Source: Pocillopora damicornis | Taxonomy: Eukaryota | Direction of reading: 5' to 3' | NCBI RefSeq assembly: GCF_003704095.1 | Contig: NW_020843823.1 | Span: 186,001 to 250,000 of the forward strand | DNA: 64,000 bases | Part shown: piece after piece, positions 1-12,387 of the stretch | Layout: each line of letters starts with the position of its first letter | How positions within the stretch are numbered: position 1 is the first letter of the stretch | Position numbers and translations under genes: made by a program | The notes under the pieces: generated by a model | Databases searched by the model: none | What the model was told of the DNA's origin: nothing | The model's input: the letters and a program-made list of their open reading frames with translations, nothing else

Positions 1-123
1 GTTTTAAAAAATATGAGCTTTCGGCTATTATAGGATAATAGGATAATTGTAGGAGAAACTGGCAGATGGTTTAAAACCCGAAGAAAGGAACATCAACGAA
101 ATCTTAAAAACTATACGAGTGGC
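1..123 (+). mobile_element. GIY-YIG endonuclease fragment of a Penelope-like retroelement
   Basis: Translates ...VGETGRWFKTRRKEHQRNLK, the YIG-ET-R..R.KEH motif typical of Penelope C-termini; ends at a gap. Confidence 0.6.
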
Positions 124-269
124 NNNNNNNNNNNNNNNNNNNNNNNNNNNNNNNNNNNNNNNNNNNNNNNNNNNNNNNNNNNNNNNNNNNNNNNNNNNNN
201 NNNNNNNNNNNNNNNNNNNNNNNCTTGATTACTACGTAGATTAATGTCAATAATGCCTCAGCCACGAAA

Positions 270-800
270 ATAATTGAACTTACATCGGAGGTCGGCCCGC
301 CGAACAACAACTGCGCCGCCTTTGTCGGTCGCTTTAATGACTACGTTTTGGCGTTTTCTTGGACTTTTTAGTGCCGACCACTCTTCCGAAGAAAGATTGG
401 AAAATTTGGTGTTACGACTGAATTTAAGTTTGTTGATATCGTGGCGACTTTTTTGATGAAAAAATCTAAAGATGCGTACTAGCCCTCTGGGGGAATGCAT
501 TTAGACTTTCGAACCTGAAGTGTTTCGAAAGTATCTTCGTTCGAGATGTTAGAATTATCCTCTTTTTCATGAAAAAAGGCTTTCAATTGAACGCGGCGAA
601 GGAATTTTTTAACGTCTTGCTTAGCTGAAAATTCGTCGGTTTTTTTGGATATGGGAACAAAATTTAAGCCCTTACTAAGAACTGATTTTTCTGAATCGGA
701 AAGTGGTCAATTTTCTGGTATGGTAACTGCAGTTTTGAGGTTTTCAGGCCACGAGTCGCTTGTAATTTTAGGGCCGATAGGTTGTCGAGTTTTTGGGCCT
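270..800 (-). mobile_element. Degraded Penelope-like element, pre-RT region
   Basis: Minus strand gives SEKSVLSKGLNFVPISKK...FSNLSSEEWSALK...VVIKATDKGGAVVV (the KGLNF and DKG motifs), with frameshifts. Confidence 0.75.
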
Positions 801-977
801 TAATTTGGTGCAAATGGTTAAAAAGTTTAGAATTGGAATCCTAAATTTTGGCACGAATGGATTGTACTGAAACAGCTGGAGTTAAGTCTTCAGTTAAGAC
901 AGCTAAGAAAGAAAAGACAAAAAGAACAAAGGCATCAGCTTCAGGGTTTTTTCCCCTAATTGACTCTATGAAAAAGT

Positions 978-1145
978 CAAGAGATTGGAAAATTTGGTGT
1001 TACGATTGAATTTAAGTTTGTTGATATCGTGACGACTTTTTTTGATGAAAAAATCTAAAGATGCGAACTGGCCCTCTGGGGGAGTCCATTTAGACTTTCG
1101 AACCTGAAGTGTTTCGAAAGTATCTTCGTTCGAGATGTTAGAATC
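978..1145 (-). mobile_element. Second copy of the same Penelope-like fragment
   Basis: Near-identical to 393-556 (SNISNEDTFETLQVRKSKWTPPEGQFASLDFFIKK). A further small piece lies at 3891-3955. Confidence 0.7.
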
Positions 1146-1286
1146 GGCGACTTTAACCAACTGGACACAAAACATCTTTGTCGAGATTTCCGCCTAAAAA
1201 ACAACTTGTCCACCAACCAACACGCGGTGTTAACAATCTCGATCTAGTGATAATCAACATGCATAATTTCTATGATTTAAAACCAG
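1146..1286 (+). mobile_element. LINE APE-endonuclease fragment
   Basis: GDFNQLDTKHLCRDFRL..QLVHQPTR..NLDL; nucleotide-similar to the reverse complement of 7146-7285. Confidence 0.65.
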
Positions 1287-2319
1287 NNNNNNNNNNNNNN
1301 NNNNNNNNNNNNNNNNNNNNNNNNNNNNNNNNNNNNNNNNNNNNNNNNNNNNNNNNNNNNNNNNNNNNNNNNNNNNNNNNNNNNNNNNNNNNNNNNNNNN
1401 NNNNNNNNNNNNNNNNNNNNNNNNNNNNNNNNNNNNNNNNNNNNNNNNNNNNNNNNNNNNNNNNNNNNNNNNNNNNNNNNNNNNNNNNNNNNNNNNNNNN
1501 NNNNNNNNNNNNNNNNNNNNNNNNNNNNNNNNNNNNNNNNNNNNNNNNNNNNNNNNNNNNNNNNNNNNNNNNNNNNNNNNNAAGCACTTAATAACTTTGC
1601 GGCAGCGTGCTTTCTCCTCTGGGAACAATGTTATGTTCAAATAAGGTCAACAAAATGAGAAATCCTGCACTTAAGAAATGGGGAGAAACACGAGACGTAG
1701 TCAAGTGTTTCTCCCTACAATTCTTTCGTGCACGCCTCCTGCGTGCTTTACAACAGAACAGAGCACAGTCAAGGCTTCTATATTTGTTAATTCAGGATCG
1801 CTCGGGTTTTGCTATAAAGCTCAGATTAAAAATTATTATTAATTAACCTTGACTTAATGTATATCAACAAAGAAAAGAAGTTAGTCATTGTTACTGTGAA
1901 TTTGCAGTTTTTACCAAAATTTTAAAACATTACATATCAGTCATTTTTTGCTGCCTCAAGGTCATTTACATATAGGGTGCTCAAGTATATCATCATCAGT
2001 TTGGTCTACTTTATCAGATGCAGTAAAATCCAGCTGTAATGTGCTGTGCTGTCTTGTTCTATAACTGATGTATCATGTTTGAGCTTTCAGTAATGATTTG
2101 TCATATTCGGTATCTTTTAGTCTGGTTTGGTGTGAGTCTGAATCCAGGCCATGTAATTTACCTTAGATATAAGCTTTGTGAGACTCTTTAACCTTGAGTT
2201 ACAGTGAATTGTTGCACCGGCTTGATGCTACTCTGGCTTAAAGATTTAATGAGTGTAACCAGGAAGTTACAATTTATAGACCCAACGTTTCGACACTCCT
2301 GTCTAGTGCCTTCATCAGG

Positions 2320-2700
2320 GGTGATCTAAACGCTGCAACAAGACGTTCTTTTTTATGCTCACTATTTAGCTGCCTTTTTTCTGACGAGGTGTAAATAGGC
2401 GACAGGAAGTACGCCGCCATCATTAAGATTTAAAGGAGCGTGGGTGGAGTTAATATGCCGAGCTTCCAAATAAAGGCGCTGGTGATAACGCCGATTAGTG
2501 GTGATAATTTTAGACTTATCCCACCAAATTGTATGGTTGGTTAGGCATGTGGGCTCCGATAAAGCTGAATTTTCTATTTTGTAAAAGAAGACCGATTTTT
2601 GATGCTCTTTTAAAAATGTACCAAACTGACGTTTGGTCTGTCCGATGTACTCGTTATCACAGTCATTACAAGGAATAGAATAAGTTGCAATTTGTTTCAC
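2320..2700 (-). mobile_element. Penelope-like GIY-YIG endonuclease 3' fragment
   Basis: YSIPCNDCDNEYIGQTKRQFGTFLKEH...SALSE...LEARHI...LNLNDG; sister copy at 27205-27527. Confidence 0.8.
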
Positions 2701-2784
2701 AACATTTACGTTTAGCTAAAAACCATAAAATGAGCGTCTGATCTCAACGGATAGAGTATCGCTCCCAAATGTTTTATTTTTAAG

Positions 2785-3790
2785 AGGCTTTTACCAAGAC
2801 GAAATGGGCCAAATTGACTGTAAGAACTGCTCCATTGGTACCTATGTTCCTGAGATTAACTACCCTGGAAAATCTGCGACTGACTGTCGTGCATGCCCTG
2901 TTTATCAAACAGGTACCCAATCTAACAAATCTGCCGGTTATCGTGCATGCAGTTGTCTTCCAAATTTCTTCCGCCTGGATCGTTTTGGCTCTCGTTCAGT
3001 GTGTGAAGAGCATGGAATGATATGTCAGTCAGATACAGAAATCTTAGCGCCAAAGTACTTTTGGAAGTTTAACAGCTCTAAATAAATGGACCATTACAAA
3101 ACTTTTGTTCTCAACATTCAAATCTTCAATGCTGAATGTAACCGTGACTTTTCCAGTTATTGCGCTGTGTTACCAACCCCTATCAAATGTCCCTTTACAG
3201 ATTCGTGCAATGGTGGTATTGAATCATCGTGTACAGAAGGATACGAGGGTACCCTCTGCGGAACTTGCTCCTCAAATCTCTTTCTCCGTTTTAACAGATG
3301 CTTAGAGTGTCCTAGAATGTTGGTAAGGGTAACTTCTTGTGTTTTGGTTATCGTGGTATTCATTTTTCTGTTTTCACTTATATTCTGGGGCGACTCAAAC
3401 GCTGCAAATGGCGAACGTAGAGGTACTGAGGCAGATGTCGTAATGTCTTGTGTTAAGATGGTGGTTGACTTTTATCAAGTGGCCTCTGGTATTTTCTCAG
3501 CGGTACTGCAAGTTCAGTGGCCTGTAGTTCTTGTGTCTATGGAAAAATACTTGAAGTTTGTCGAGGGGAACAATTCGCACCATTGAGCCACATTAACCCA
3601 GTGTTTCGACTGGATCCATTCATCCAATTTTTTCTTTCCATCTCTTTCAATATCTCAGTAATTTTGTTGATACTGATGTACTTATTACTTAAGAGACAAT
3701 ACATCAGAAAGTTGAAGATTCTTGAATGCCAAAAAATTGGATGAAGTTTCGCATTTGAAGAAGTCTTGCTACCGAAACATATTTCTATTT
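2785..3790 (+). pseudogene. Disrupted paralog of the LRR/Cys-rich multi-TM receptor (Cys-rich region plus first hydrophobic segments)
   Basis: Collinear with exons 20-21 of the 12.4-26 kb gene (GFYQDEMGQ..C..C..GTYVPE...PGKS..DCRACP; AGYRAC.CL..F.RL.RFG; CP..DSC.GGI.S.C..GY.GTLC..CS....LRFNRCL.C). In-frame TAA at 3083-3085, frameshift near 3575, stop at 3742-3744. Hydrophobic segments follow (CVLVIVVFIFLFSLIFWG; K.VVDFYQV; FFLSISFNISVILLILMYLLL). Confidence 0.8.
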
Positions 3791-5796
3791 CNNNNNNNNN
3801 NNNNNNNNNNNNNNNNNNNNNNNNNNNNNNNNNNNNNNNNNNNNNNNNNNNNNNNNNNNNNNNNNNNNNNNNNNNNNNNNNNNNNNNNNNNCCTCTGAGG
3901 GAGTCCAGTCGAATCTGAAGTGTTTCGAAAGTATCTTTGTTCGAGATGTAAGAATCAGATGTTTGTGGGACACTGCGCTCGCGAACCGTTTTTTTTTTGT
4001 TTTTTTATCTGTTGCGTTCCTTGCTTTGTAGTTAAGAAATTAAAAGTAAAACTTTCGGAATTGAAGTTATTGTTCGTTTTTGGATGTTAAACAAAAGGAA
4101 ATTGTCTCAAATGTCATCAAAGAGCGTTCCGATTTCTATAGCGGTCTTACATTTCCGGGTGAAATCCAAGAAGAACTTAAACAATAGCAAGATATACGAA
4201 TACTTAACAACCCACGAAACATAGGTGACGTGAAGTTGTAATGAAAAGGATCAGCTAAAAGGCATTTTCCCTTTGATTGAAACTACTGATTTTTGTCCTT
4301 GTTGAGTTAAGCCTTCCGTTAAGACAGCTAAGGAAGAAAAAAGATAAAGAAAACAAAAGCATCAGCTTCAGTGGTTTTTAACCCTAATTGATTCTAGAAC
4401 ATAACGAAAACAAGGTACGGGTTTTTCTCCTGACAATGGAAAAAAACCGTGGGTGATTTCATTTGTAATATAATATATCCTCCACTTTCTAATAATCAAC
4501 AACTGTTCCTTCCTCGCATCTCGAGCGAGTTGCTCCTTAGTGGGTGAGTGTGTTGATTTGCGTTTTCTGTAATTAATAAGAGTGCATGTAAGTTTGTTTT
4601 GGATGATCAGCGTTGCATTAATCACACAAGGCAATCTCTTCTATCCTTGATACCCTACGACTTTATCTTTCTAGTACTTTTAGACGGTAAGCAATCTGGA
4701 GACGGGACTTAACAATTGGTTAGGACGCTGGACTTGTAAATATGGTTCCTCCTGCTACTCTCTGGATTTGTTCTCGGTCGCTCCCAGTTTAAAACCTCGC
4801 GCTGTATAAATAGCCAGCTGGTCTGCCTCATGCTAGTTGGGATTTTCTAGCACTTTACCTTTATTTGAAACATAAATTGTTCATCATTTATTTAAAGAGA
4901 CATGCTTTCCTAGATCTTCTGAAGCAAAACTTAACACTTCAACTTAGAAGCGTAACGGTCTGCTAAACAAACATTTGCCGCATAAAGCGTGATTGGTTGG
5001 CTGATTCCTTTACATCTTAACATGTCAACCGGTTACAACTGCTTCCTCTTAACAGTGCATGTCACCACTGACTGCCTTTCGCAATGAAACTTCATGTACT
5101 TCGATAGCCGAAAGATAACATTTTTATAACAGTCTAATAACAGCCATTCTTTTACAACATTTGCTTCATATCAATTTAATGACAATTACCACACGTCCAT
5201 TATTTTTGGTAAAAATTCACCGTTCTTTGATTAATGCCTCATGTGCATTCTTTGAAAAATCNNNNNNNNNNNNNNNNNNNNNNNNNNNNNNNNNNNNNNN
5301 NNNNNNNNNNNNNNNNNNNNNNNNNNNNNNNNNNNNNNNNNNNNNNNNNNNNNNNNNNNNNNNNNNNNNNNNNNNNNNNNNNNNNNNNNNNNNNNNNNNN
5401 NNNNNNNNNNNNNNNNNNNNNNNNNNNNNNNNNNNNNNNNNNNNNNNNNNNNNNNNNNNNNNNNNNNNNNNNNNNNNNNNNNNNNNNNNNNNNNNNNNNN
5501 NNNNNNNNNNNNNNNNNNNNNNNNNNNNNNNNNNNNNNNNNNNNNNNNNNNNNNNNNNNNNNNNNNNNNNNNNNNNNNNNNNNNNNNNNNNNNNNNNNNN
5601 NNNNNNNNNNNNNNNNNNNNNNNNNNNNNNNNNNNNNNNNNNNNNNNNNNNNNNNNNNNNNNNNNNNNNNNNNNNNNNNNNNNNNNNNNNNNNNNNNNNN
5701 NNNNNNNNNNNNNNNNNNNNNNNNNNNNNNNNNNNNNNNNNNNNNNNNNNNNNNNNNNNNNNNNNNNNNNNNNNNNNNNNNATCGTTGTATTCCAG

Positions 5797-5889
5797 GTCC
5801 TCCGGATAAAACCTTAAAGTACAAGGTTTCTCCATGGCCCGTGATAACAGCTGCTGATTCCGTCAAAGTCACGGCTACGTTCACCCCTG
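5797..5889 (+). CDS. Isolated internal exon of an ML-domain (MD-2-related lipid recognition) gene paralog
   Basis: ttccag|GTCCTCCGGAT...ACCCCTG|gtaagt; 93 nt, phase 1-1; GPPDKTLKYKVSPWPVITAADSVKVTATFTP. Same length, phase and motif as exon 2 at 28724-28816. Flanked by gaps. Confidence 0.75.
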
Positions 5890-6093
5890 GTAAGTCGTTG
5901 TGTTACTTTTTAAAAGAGCTCACTTAATCAACCCGAGTTGGAGAATAGTTGTCAGACATTCCAGTTTGGCGGTAAAAACGTTTCAATGTCGGTNNNNNNN
6001 NNNNNNNNNNNNNNNNNNNNNNNNNNNNNNNNNNNNNNNNNNNNNNNNNNNNNNNNNNNNNNNNNNNNNNNNNNNNNNNNNNNNNNNNNNNNN

Positions 6094-7830
6094 CGTATGG
6101 GTTGCGGATGAACGAGGAGTACCGCCAAACTGAGATGGATCGATTATCTTCAAAACAGCAGGGGCGATGGGCTTTTCAACTAAGAAGTCCTCAGCTAGTT
6201 TAGATAAAGCAGGGGTGAGCGAAATTGGTCTTAAATGCTTGCTGATGTTGGAAACCGGTTTTCTCCTTGGGAACTGGTGTTATGTTGGCTTGTTTCCATT
6301 CTCAGAGTAGCTTCTGTTCTTTCTACGAGACGTTGAGTAGGTGCGTGATAGGATGTGCGTATTCTTTCAGGATCCTATTGTCAATGCCATGAGGGCCTAG
6401 TGCTTTGGACGGGTTGAGGTTTTTTCACTTCTTTAACACAGAGCAGGTCAGTGTCAGCCAAGTTGGTGTTAAGATTTGGGTACTCATGGATTTCATCAAG
6501 AAGGGTAGAAATGTTTGATGTATCCAGTGGATTGTAGGCTCTCATTGGTGCGATCAGACTGTTGTTAATTAAATCTGCAAAGTCTTTAGATGACAGATCT
6601 TGGGTGTTGTCAATATGAAGTTGATTGAGGAGTTCGTTAGGAGCAGATGTCATACCACTTAAAGGTTTTACTTCAGACCCCAGGTCTTTTGGTTCGTCTG
6701 TTTAAGCTTGATAAATTTGGAGGCAAAATACTTCCCTCGGCAGGATTTCTTCGTTCTGTTGACCTTGTTCCGATAGAATTTGAACATAACATTGTTCCCA
6801 GAGGAAAAAGCACGTTGGCACAAGGTTATTAAGTGCTTCAGTTCTTCCGATATCCACGGGGGATCATTCCGGTGAATCTTCACTCGTTTCTCTGGCATGA
6901 GAATGTTGTAGCTAGTCATGATTACAGAGCACACAGAAACTTGCATTTCTCGTCGCACGACGTTTCCGATTCAATCAGCTGCTAATCGATTTCGGATAGG
7001 TACCGACCAAGTTTCATTTTACGCGATGGGCAGGTGTCTCTTTTAATGACTATTTTCATGCTTGGAGTACTAGAAGATGCTCTAGTTTTCGGCCAAACTG
7101 CAACAGCATTATGGTCGTATAGGCCAAAGGGTGGTAAAAGTACGACTGGTTTTGAATCATAGAAATTATGCATGTTGATGAGCGCTAGATCCAGAATGTT
7201 AGCACTGCGGTTTGGTTGGTGGACAAGTTGTTTTAAGCGGAAATCTCGATAAAGATGTTTTGTGTCCAATTGGTTAAAGTCGCCGGCGATAATAATACCG
7301 CAACCAAGAAATAGACCTTCAGCACGCGTGATGGCATCGGACAAGTACTCCAAGATTTCAGTATCGATAGAACTAGGTGGGTGGTAAACACATGCGGTGA
7401 CGACGCAGTTAGTCCCTACTGGTAATCTTGGGGGTCTGATGTAGGGCAATAGGACTTCGAAGGCGGGATCTTCAAGCTCTTGTAGTCTCCTGGTCTTGGT
7501 AGATTCTTTTATATACATGCAAACTCCTCCATGTGTACCTTGGGGAGCGATCACGCCGAAGAAGATTGCAGTTGTTTAGTGTCAAGTGATTGTCTCCAAC
7601 GGATTCTCGTAACCAGGTCTCCGTAAAGAAGATGTAATCAAAGTTCTTTTGGGATATTAGGATACTAATTTTGTCGATCTTTGGGACCAAAGACACGACG
7701 TTTGTCAATAGAACAGGACACTTGGAGCAAACTCGGTCTTGTGAGAAGATGGCGTTGTTAAGGTGTTACTTTGTATAGTTCGTATTGAACGAATTGAATT
7801 GTTTGTATTTATTTCGTTGATATGCAAATT
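6094..7830 (-). mobile_element. Degraded LINE (CR1/L2-group-like) ORF2: APE endonuclease plus start of RT
   Basis: NVVSL..K, FFTETWL, R.DR...HGGVCMYIK, VYHPP, IIAGDFN, ILDLAL, DHNAV, PWISEELK, KALGP.GI, WKQANITPVP, LRPISLTPALSK; several frameshifts. Confidence 0.85.
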
Positions 7831-8462
7831 ANNNNNNNNNNNNNNNNNNNNNNNNNNNNNNNNNNNNNNNNNNNNNNNNNNNNNNNNNNNNNNNNNNNNN
7901 NNNNNNNNNNNNNNNNNNNNNNNNNNNNNNNNNNNNNNNNNNNNNNNNNNNNNNNNNNNNNNNNNNNNNNNNNNNNNNNNNNNNNNNNNNNNNNNNNNNN
8001 NNNNNNNNNNNNNNNNNNNNNNNNNNNNNNNNNNNNNNNNNNNNNNNNNNNNNNNNNNNNNNNNNNNNNNNNNNNNNNNNNNNNNNNNNNNNNNNNNNNN
8101 NNNNNNNNNNNNNNNNNNNNNNNNNNNNNNNNNNNNNNNNNNNNNNNNNNNNNNNNNNNNNNNNNNNNNNNNNNNNNNNNNNNNNNNNNNNNNNNNNNNN
8201 NNNNNNNNNNNNNNNNNNNNNNNNNNNNNNNNNNNNNNNNNNNNNNNNNNNTTGGAGCAAAAGGTTTTGCTTTTCCTGAGGTTAGTTTGGTATTCAAGAT
8301 AATGATTGAACAGTCGTGAGTAACGAGTGAGATAATTAACATTTTCACGAGGGTTTTTTTTTNNNNNNNNNNNNNNNNNNNNNNNNNNNNNNNNNNNNNN
8401 NNNNNNNNNNNNNNNNNNNNNNNNNNNNNNNNNNNNNNNNNNNNNNNNNNNNNNNNNNNNNN

Positions 8463-9240
8463 TTTTGGGCAGAAATCTCAACAAAGATGTTTTGTGTCCA
8501 GTTGTTTAAAGTCGCCAGCAATAATAATAATACCGCAACCAGGAAATAGACCCTCAACATGTGGAATGGCATCAGACAAGCACTCCAACATTTTAGTGTT
8601 GTTAGAACTAGGTGGGTGGTAAACACATGTGGTGATGACACAATTAATCCCTCTTGGTAATCGTGGAGGTCTGATGTAGGACTGTAGGACTTTAAAGGTG
8701 GGATCTTCAAGCTCTTGTAGTCTTTCGGTCTTGACAGATTCTTTTATATATATGCAAACTCCTCCATGTGTACCTGGGGAGCGGTCACACCAAAGAAGAT
8801 TGTAGTTGTTTAGTGTCAAGTGATTGTCTCCAACATATTCTTGTAACCAAGTCACCGTAAGGAAGATCAAATCAAAGTTTTTTTGGGATATTAGGATACT
8901 AATTTTGTCACTCTTTGGGACCAAAGATCTGACATTGCCAACAGAACACTTGAAGCAAACTCGGTCTTGCTAGAAGATGGCATCATTAGGGTGTTGCTTT
9001 GAATATTTAATTTGTTGATATGCAAATTATGTATTTTGCCACTGTCATCAATTAGATGATTTTGGAAATTGTTTGTACATATTCCATCCAGCTTGGAATT
9101 GCTATTGAGTAAGACAGGTGCATGCTGTTTTCTTTTACCACTACAGCAGCCACAGGGAGTGGGTGATGTTCTTGTTATTTGTAGCTGTACAAGCGTCATC
9201 CACAAAGAAGGCTTTAATCCGTGGGGCGTAAGATTCAATA
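8463..9240 (-). mobile_element. Second degraded copy of the same LINE (APE domain plus upstream region)
   Basis: Highly similar to 7240-7770 (ISILISQKNFD..F.T.TWL...HGGVCIYIKES...VYHPPSS...IIAGDF). Confidence 0.85.
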
Positions 9241-11409
9241 AAATGGCATTTAAAGCAGTTCAAGAGTACACGAGGGCCATCGATAAACCAGTTAATGACA
9301 AAATCCCCAATAGGTGAATAACGTTAAATCAGAAGAAGCGGTAAATAACGAGAAAGAAAAAAAACCTGAAAGACTGAGAGCCAACTAGGTGCTCCCTTGA
9401 GACCCTCCAAGAGGAGAGAGAGAAAATAATGTCTGAGCAGAGCAAAAAGAAAATACAGCTACAGATAGATGGAAGTAAGTGATTTTTAGAGTGGCTAATA
9501 AACCAGGGCTAGTATGTATGAAAATATATGATATATATAGAGCACTATTTCCTGGATCTCAATAGCACTTTACAATGACTACAACCAACAATAAAGAATN
9601 NNNNNNNNNNNNNNNNNNNNNNNNNNNNNNNNNNNNNNNNNNNNNNNNNNNNNNNNNNNNNNNNNNNNNNNNNNNNNNNNNNNNNNNNNNNNNNNNNNNT
9701 GAATGTCATATTTGTGCTTCTGAACAGCGCCGTGGTGTTAATTGCTGTAGGTAAGTTTTATTTGCCTACGATAAGCAATGACCGATTTTGCTAATGCTGG
9801 GATCAGAATGAACGCTGGAACTGGGCAACCTAGTACCAGATCCTTGATGGCCAAGGTGATCATTGATCTCCGTGAGAATGTGTAAATGACCGAAGACATC
9901 GCGGAGCGAAAGAAGGCTCGCAAAGATACCCTTTTTAAAACATTAGAGAAGCTCTTCGGGTCTCCTTAAAAGATCTAAACCGCGCGAAACAGGATGGCAA
10001 AGAAGCTGTAGCAACTTATTACGGACTTCTGCACATACCCACGAATTGGAAATAAAAAGTTTTCCTTACAATTCTGTACCTTTCGGGATGTCTACGGTCA
10101 TTTTCACATCTCCATGCAGATCAAAGTCCCCCTCATGGAAAGAAAAAAAGGTTGGCAAACATATAGCTTGCGACGCTTTCTTGGCTCTGTTTCTCTCGCA
10201 CGACAACAACAAACATTAAAGCCACGCGAGACAACATGCCCCTTGAGGGACTTGGTACAGGGTTGTCTAATCCTAACATTTATTGGGACCTTGTATTAGC
10301 AAAGTCGTGTATTGCTTAACCGCACTGAATTTATACTGTATGGCTTGGACTTACGGCCGCTAAGCAAGCTGAGGAAAAAAGAGAGCCATCACTCTCCCGG
10401 ATTGTACAATTTGGGAACAGGACCTCACTTTGAGGTTTTCCAAGACCGACCTCTTTCTCCCCTTTTAAGAAGTTATTTAAAAGGTGTGTTAGCCAGATAA
10501 TCTGCGTTGTATTACATCTAAGTTATCTCATTCCCTTCTTTGATTTTTACATTTGTCATGACAACCTGTGAGCTACAGTTAGTCATATGCCTATAAAAGG
10601 TTCCGGAGTCATTCAATAACTATCTCACTGTTTGGCGCATTCGGAAAAAGAAAAAATCTAAACATTATGGGATTTTGTTGAGAAAATTCTGCATGATTTC
10701 TTGTCATTTTTTTTTCTTCAACAGTTAAAGGCCTCCGTTACTTAAAGTCTAACTGGAGAAGGTTCTCCTCTTGCCCGGTGCGATGTTTCTGGAAGATGTG
10801 CGGCAGATGTCGCGATGGTCACAGGAACAGATGGAGTGATTTGTCCCTAATACAACCACTGACAGAGGAACCATTAGTTTTCGATGAATAAAAAACTTAA
10901 TTGTTTTGGCTTCATTATGGTAATTTGGTGCAGCAAAGAGAGTACACAGGGGTCTCTCATTTTGTTGCTTAGCTGTACCCCCAGCCTAAGTCTGCTGCTT
11001 TGCATAGCTACTACGCTGACAAAAAAAAAAAATTATCTATTTCGCTTCAATTGCATCTGTTGTTCGTCAAATGTTTTCGAAATGTAGGTAACAAAGAAAA
11101 GTTAGGAAAGTTCAAAGAAATATTTTACAATGCAAAATAGTTCACGAACAGTGTTATGCTTTGCTTCTTTTCTCCGTGTATTTGATTATTTCTTTTTCAT
11201 TTTTAATTCTATCACAGAAACGTTGAGCAGGAATTTAAGATGTCACTATATAATTACTGGACCTTCGTTTTGTATACCCCACCCATAAGGCCGGGAAGTT
11301 AAATATATTTAAACATCTGAAAGGCTAATCAATAAAATTTTTACCTATAGTACATTGGCCACATTTACTCCAACACTCAATTGACCCATCTTTTCTTGGG
11401 AAAATTGGT

Positions 11410-11490
11410 TTACAACACTACTACGCCCTCGAGGCAAAACTAAAAAGCCTGGTTTTCATTGAAGAAACGGATCGAGAAGATAATTTCTCC
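11410..11490 (-). pseudogene. Terminal exon of another ML-domain paralog, with a nonsense codon
   Basis: caactag|GGA GAA ATT... reads GEIIFSIRFFNENQAF*FCLEGVVVL*. It has 27 codons and aligns with the last exon at 30954-31034 (GTVTGTVALYNQNQVMWFCIKFEAVL*), with TAG where the paralog has TGG. Confidence 0.6.
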
Positions 11491-12387
11491 CTAGTTGGCG
11501 ATGATAAAAAAAGCATTAATATAGATGCGTCAATAGTTATTTTACTCGTCCCAATTCCTCTTAAAATAAATGCTTTGTCTTGAAGAATCGTAACAATGAT
11601 TGCGGCGGATATTAATATTTAGAATACCATATGATTTACCAATACGATACGAGCTTGATCAAAATGTGATCTGGTGAAATTAAGTTAAAGCAAGTAATGT
11701 TTGGTAAATTTAAAAGGAAGAAGGAAAATAAAAATTTTGCATGCGCGGAGTTTCAATGTACATATATTGCGTGAAAAATTTTTAACCTAAGAAAACATGG
11801 GGGGAAGTAAGTTGGATTCTTTACTTTAAGGATCATCAAGAGAGGATAAATTTTGGGGGAACACATCATTTTCGGAGGGAACGGAGTGGCATTAGTCGTC
11901 ACCAACAGAGTATGCAGGGGGGGAGAGGGGGGGAGTTAAAAAAAAAATCTACTGCCAATGAGGGGGGATCATTTAAAAATGTTTCAGAGCCATATGGGGA
12001 GATCAGGTAAATTTTATTGAGACACAGTCAAAACTCATGATTTAACATTGAACGGATCAAAATGTCTCTACACCGAGAATTTTTAACTACCAATTTGTTC
12101 ATCAACATAAAAAAATATATACTTTGGTCTTCAGGATTTAAAAACTCTGAATTCCTTACACATGGGGCATGGCGCTCTAGATCTCTTGTGGTCTTTGATG
12201 TCGGGTTTGAGTTAATAATTGTAAGTCATTCTATAGTCTATCTTTTCATTTATGAGCGTGAAAAAAAATCGGATCGGAACGGGCCAGNNNNNNNNNNNNN
12301 NNNNNNNNNNNNNNNNNNNNNNNNNNNNNNNNNNNNNNNNNNNNNNNNNNNNNNNNNNNNNNNNNNNNNNNNNNNNNNNNNNNNNNN

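Noticed and set aside
1178-8484. Long ORFs consisting mostly of X
   Set aside because: Artefacts of N-gaps.
10745-11420. Apparent small Cys-rich peptide (CCKPIF...CWSKCGQCTIG / ...CSCDHRDIC...GKRR) on the minus strand
   Set aside because: Two in-frame TAG codons precede it and there is no signal peptide. The upstream part overlaps the ML terminal exon in another frame, so it is probably chance.
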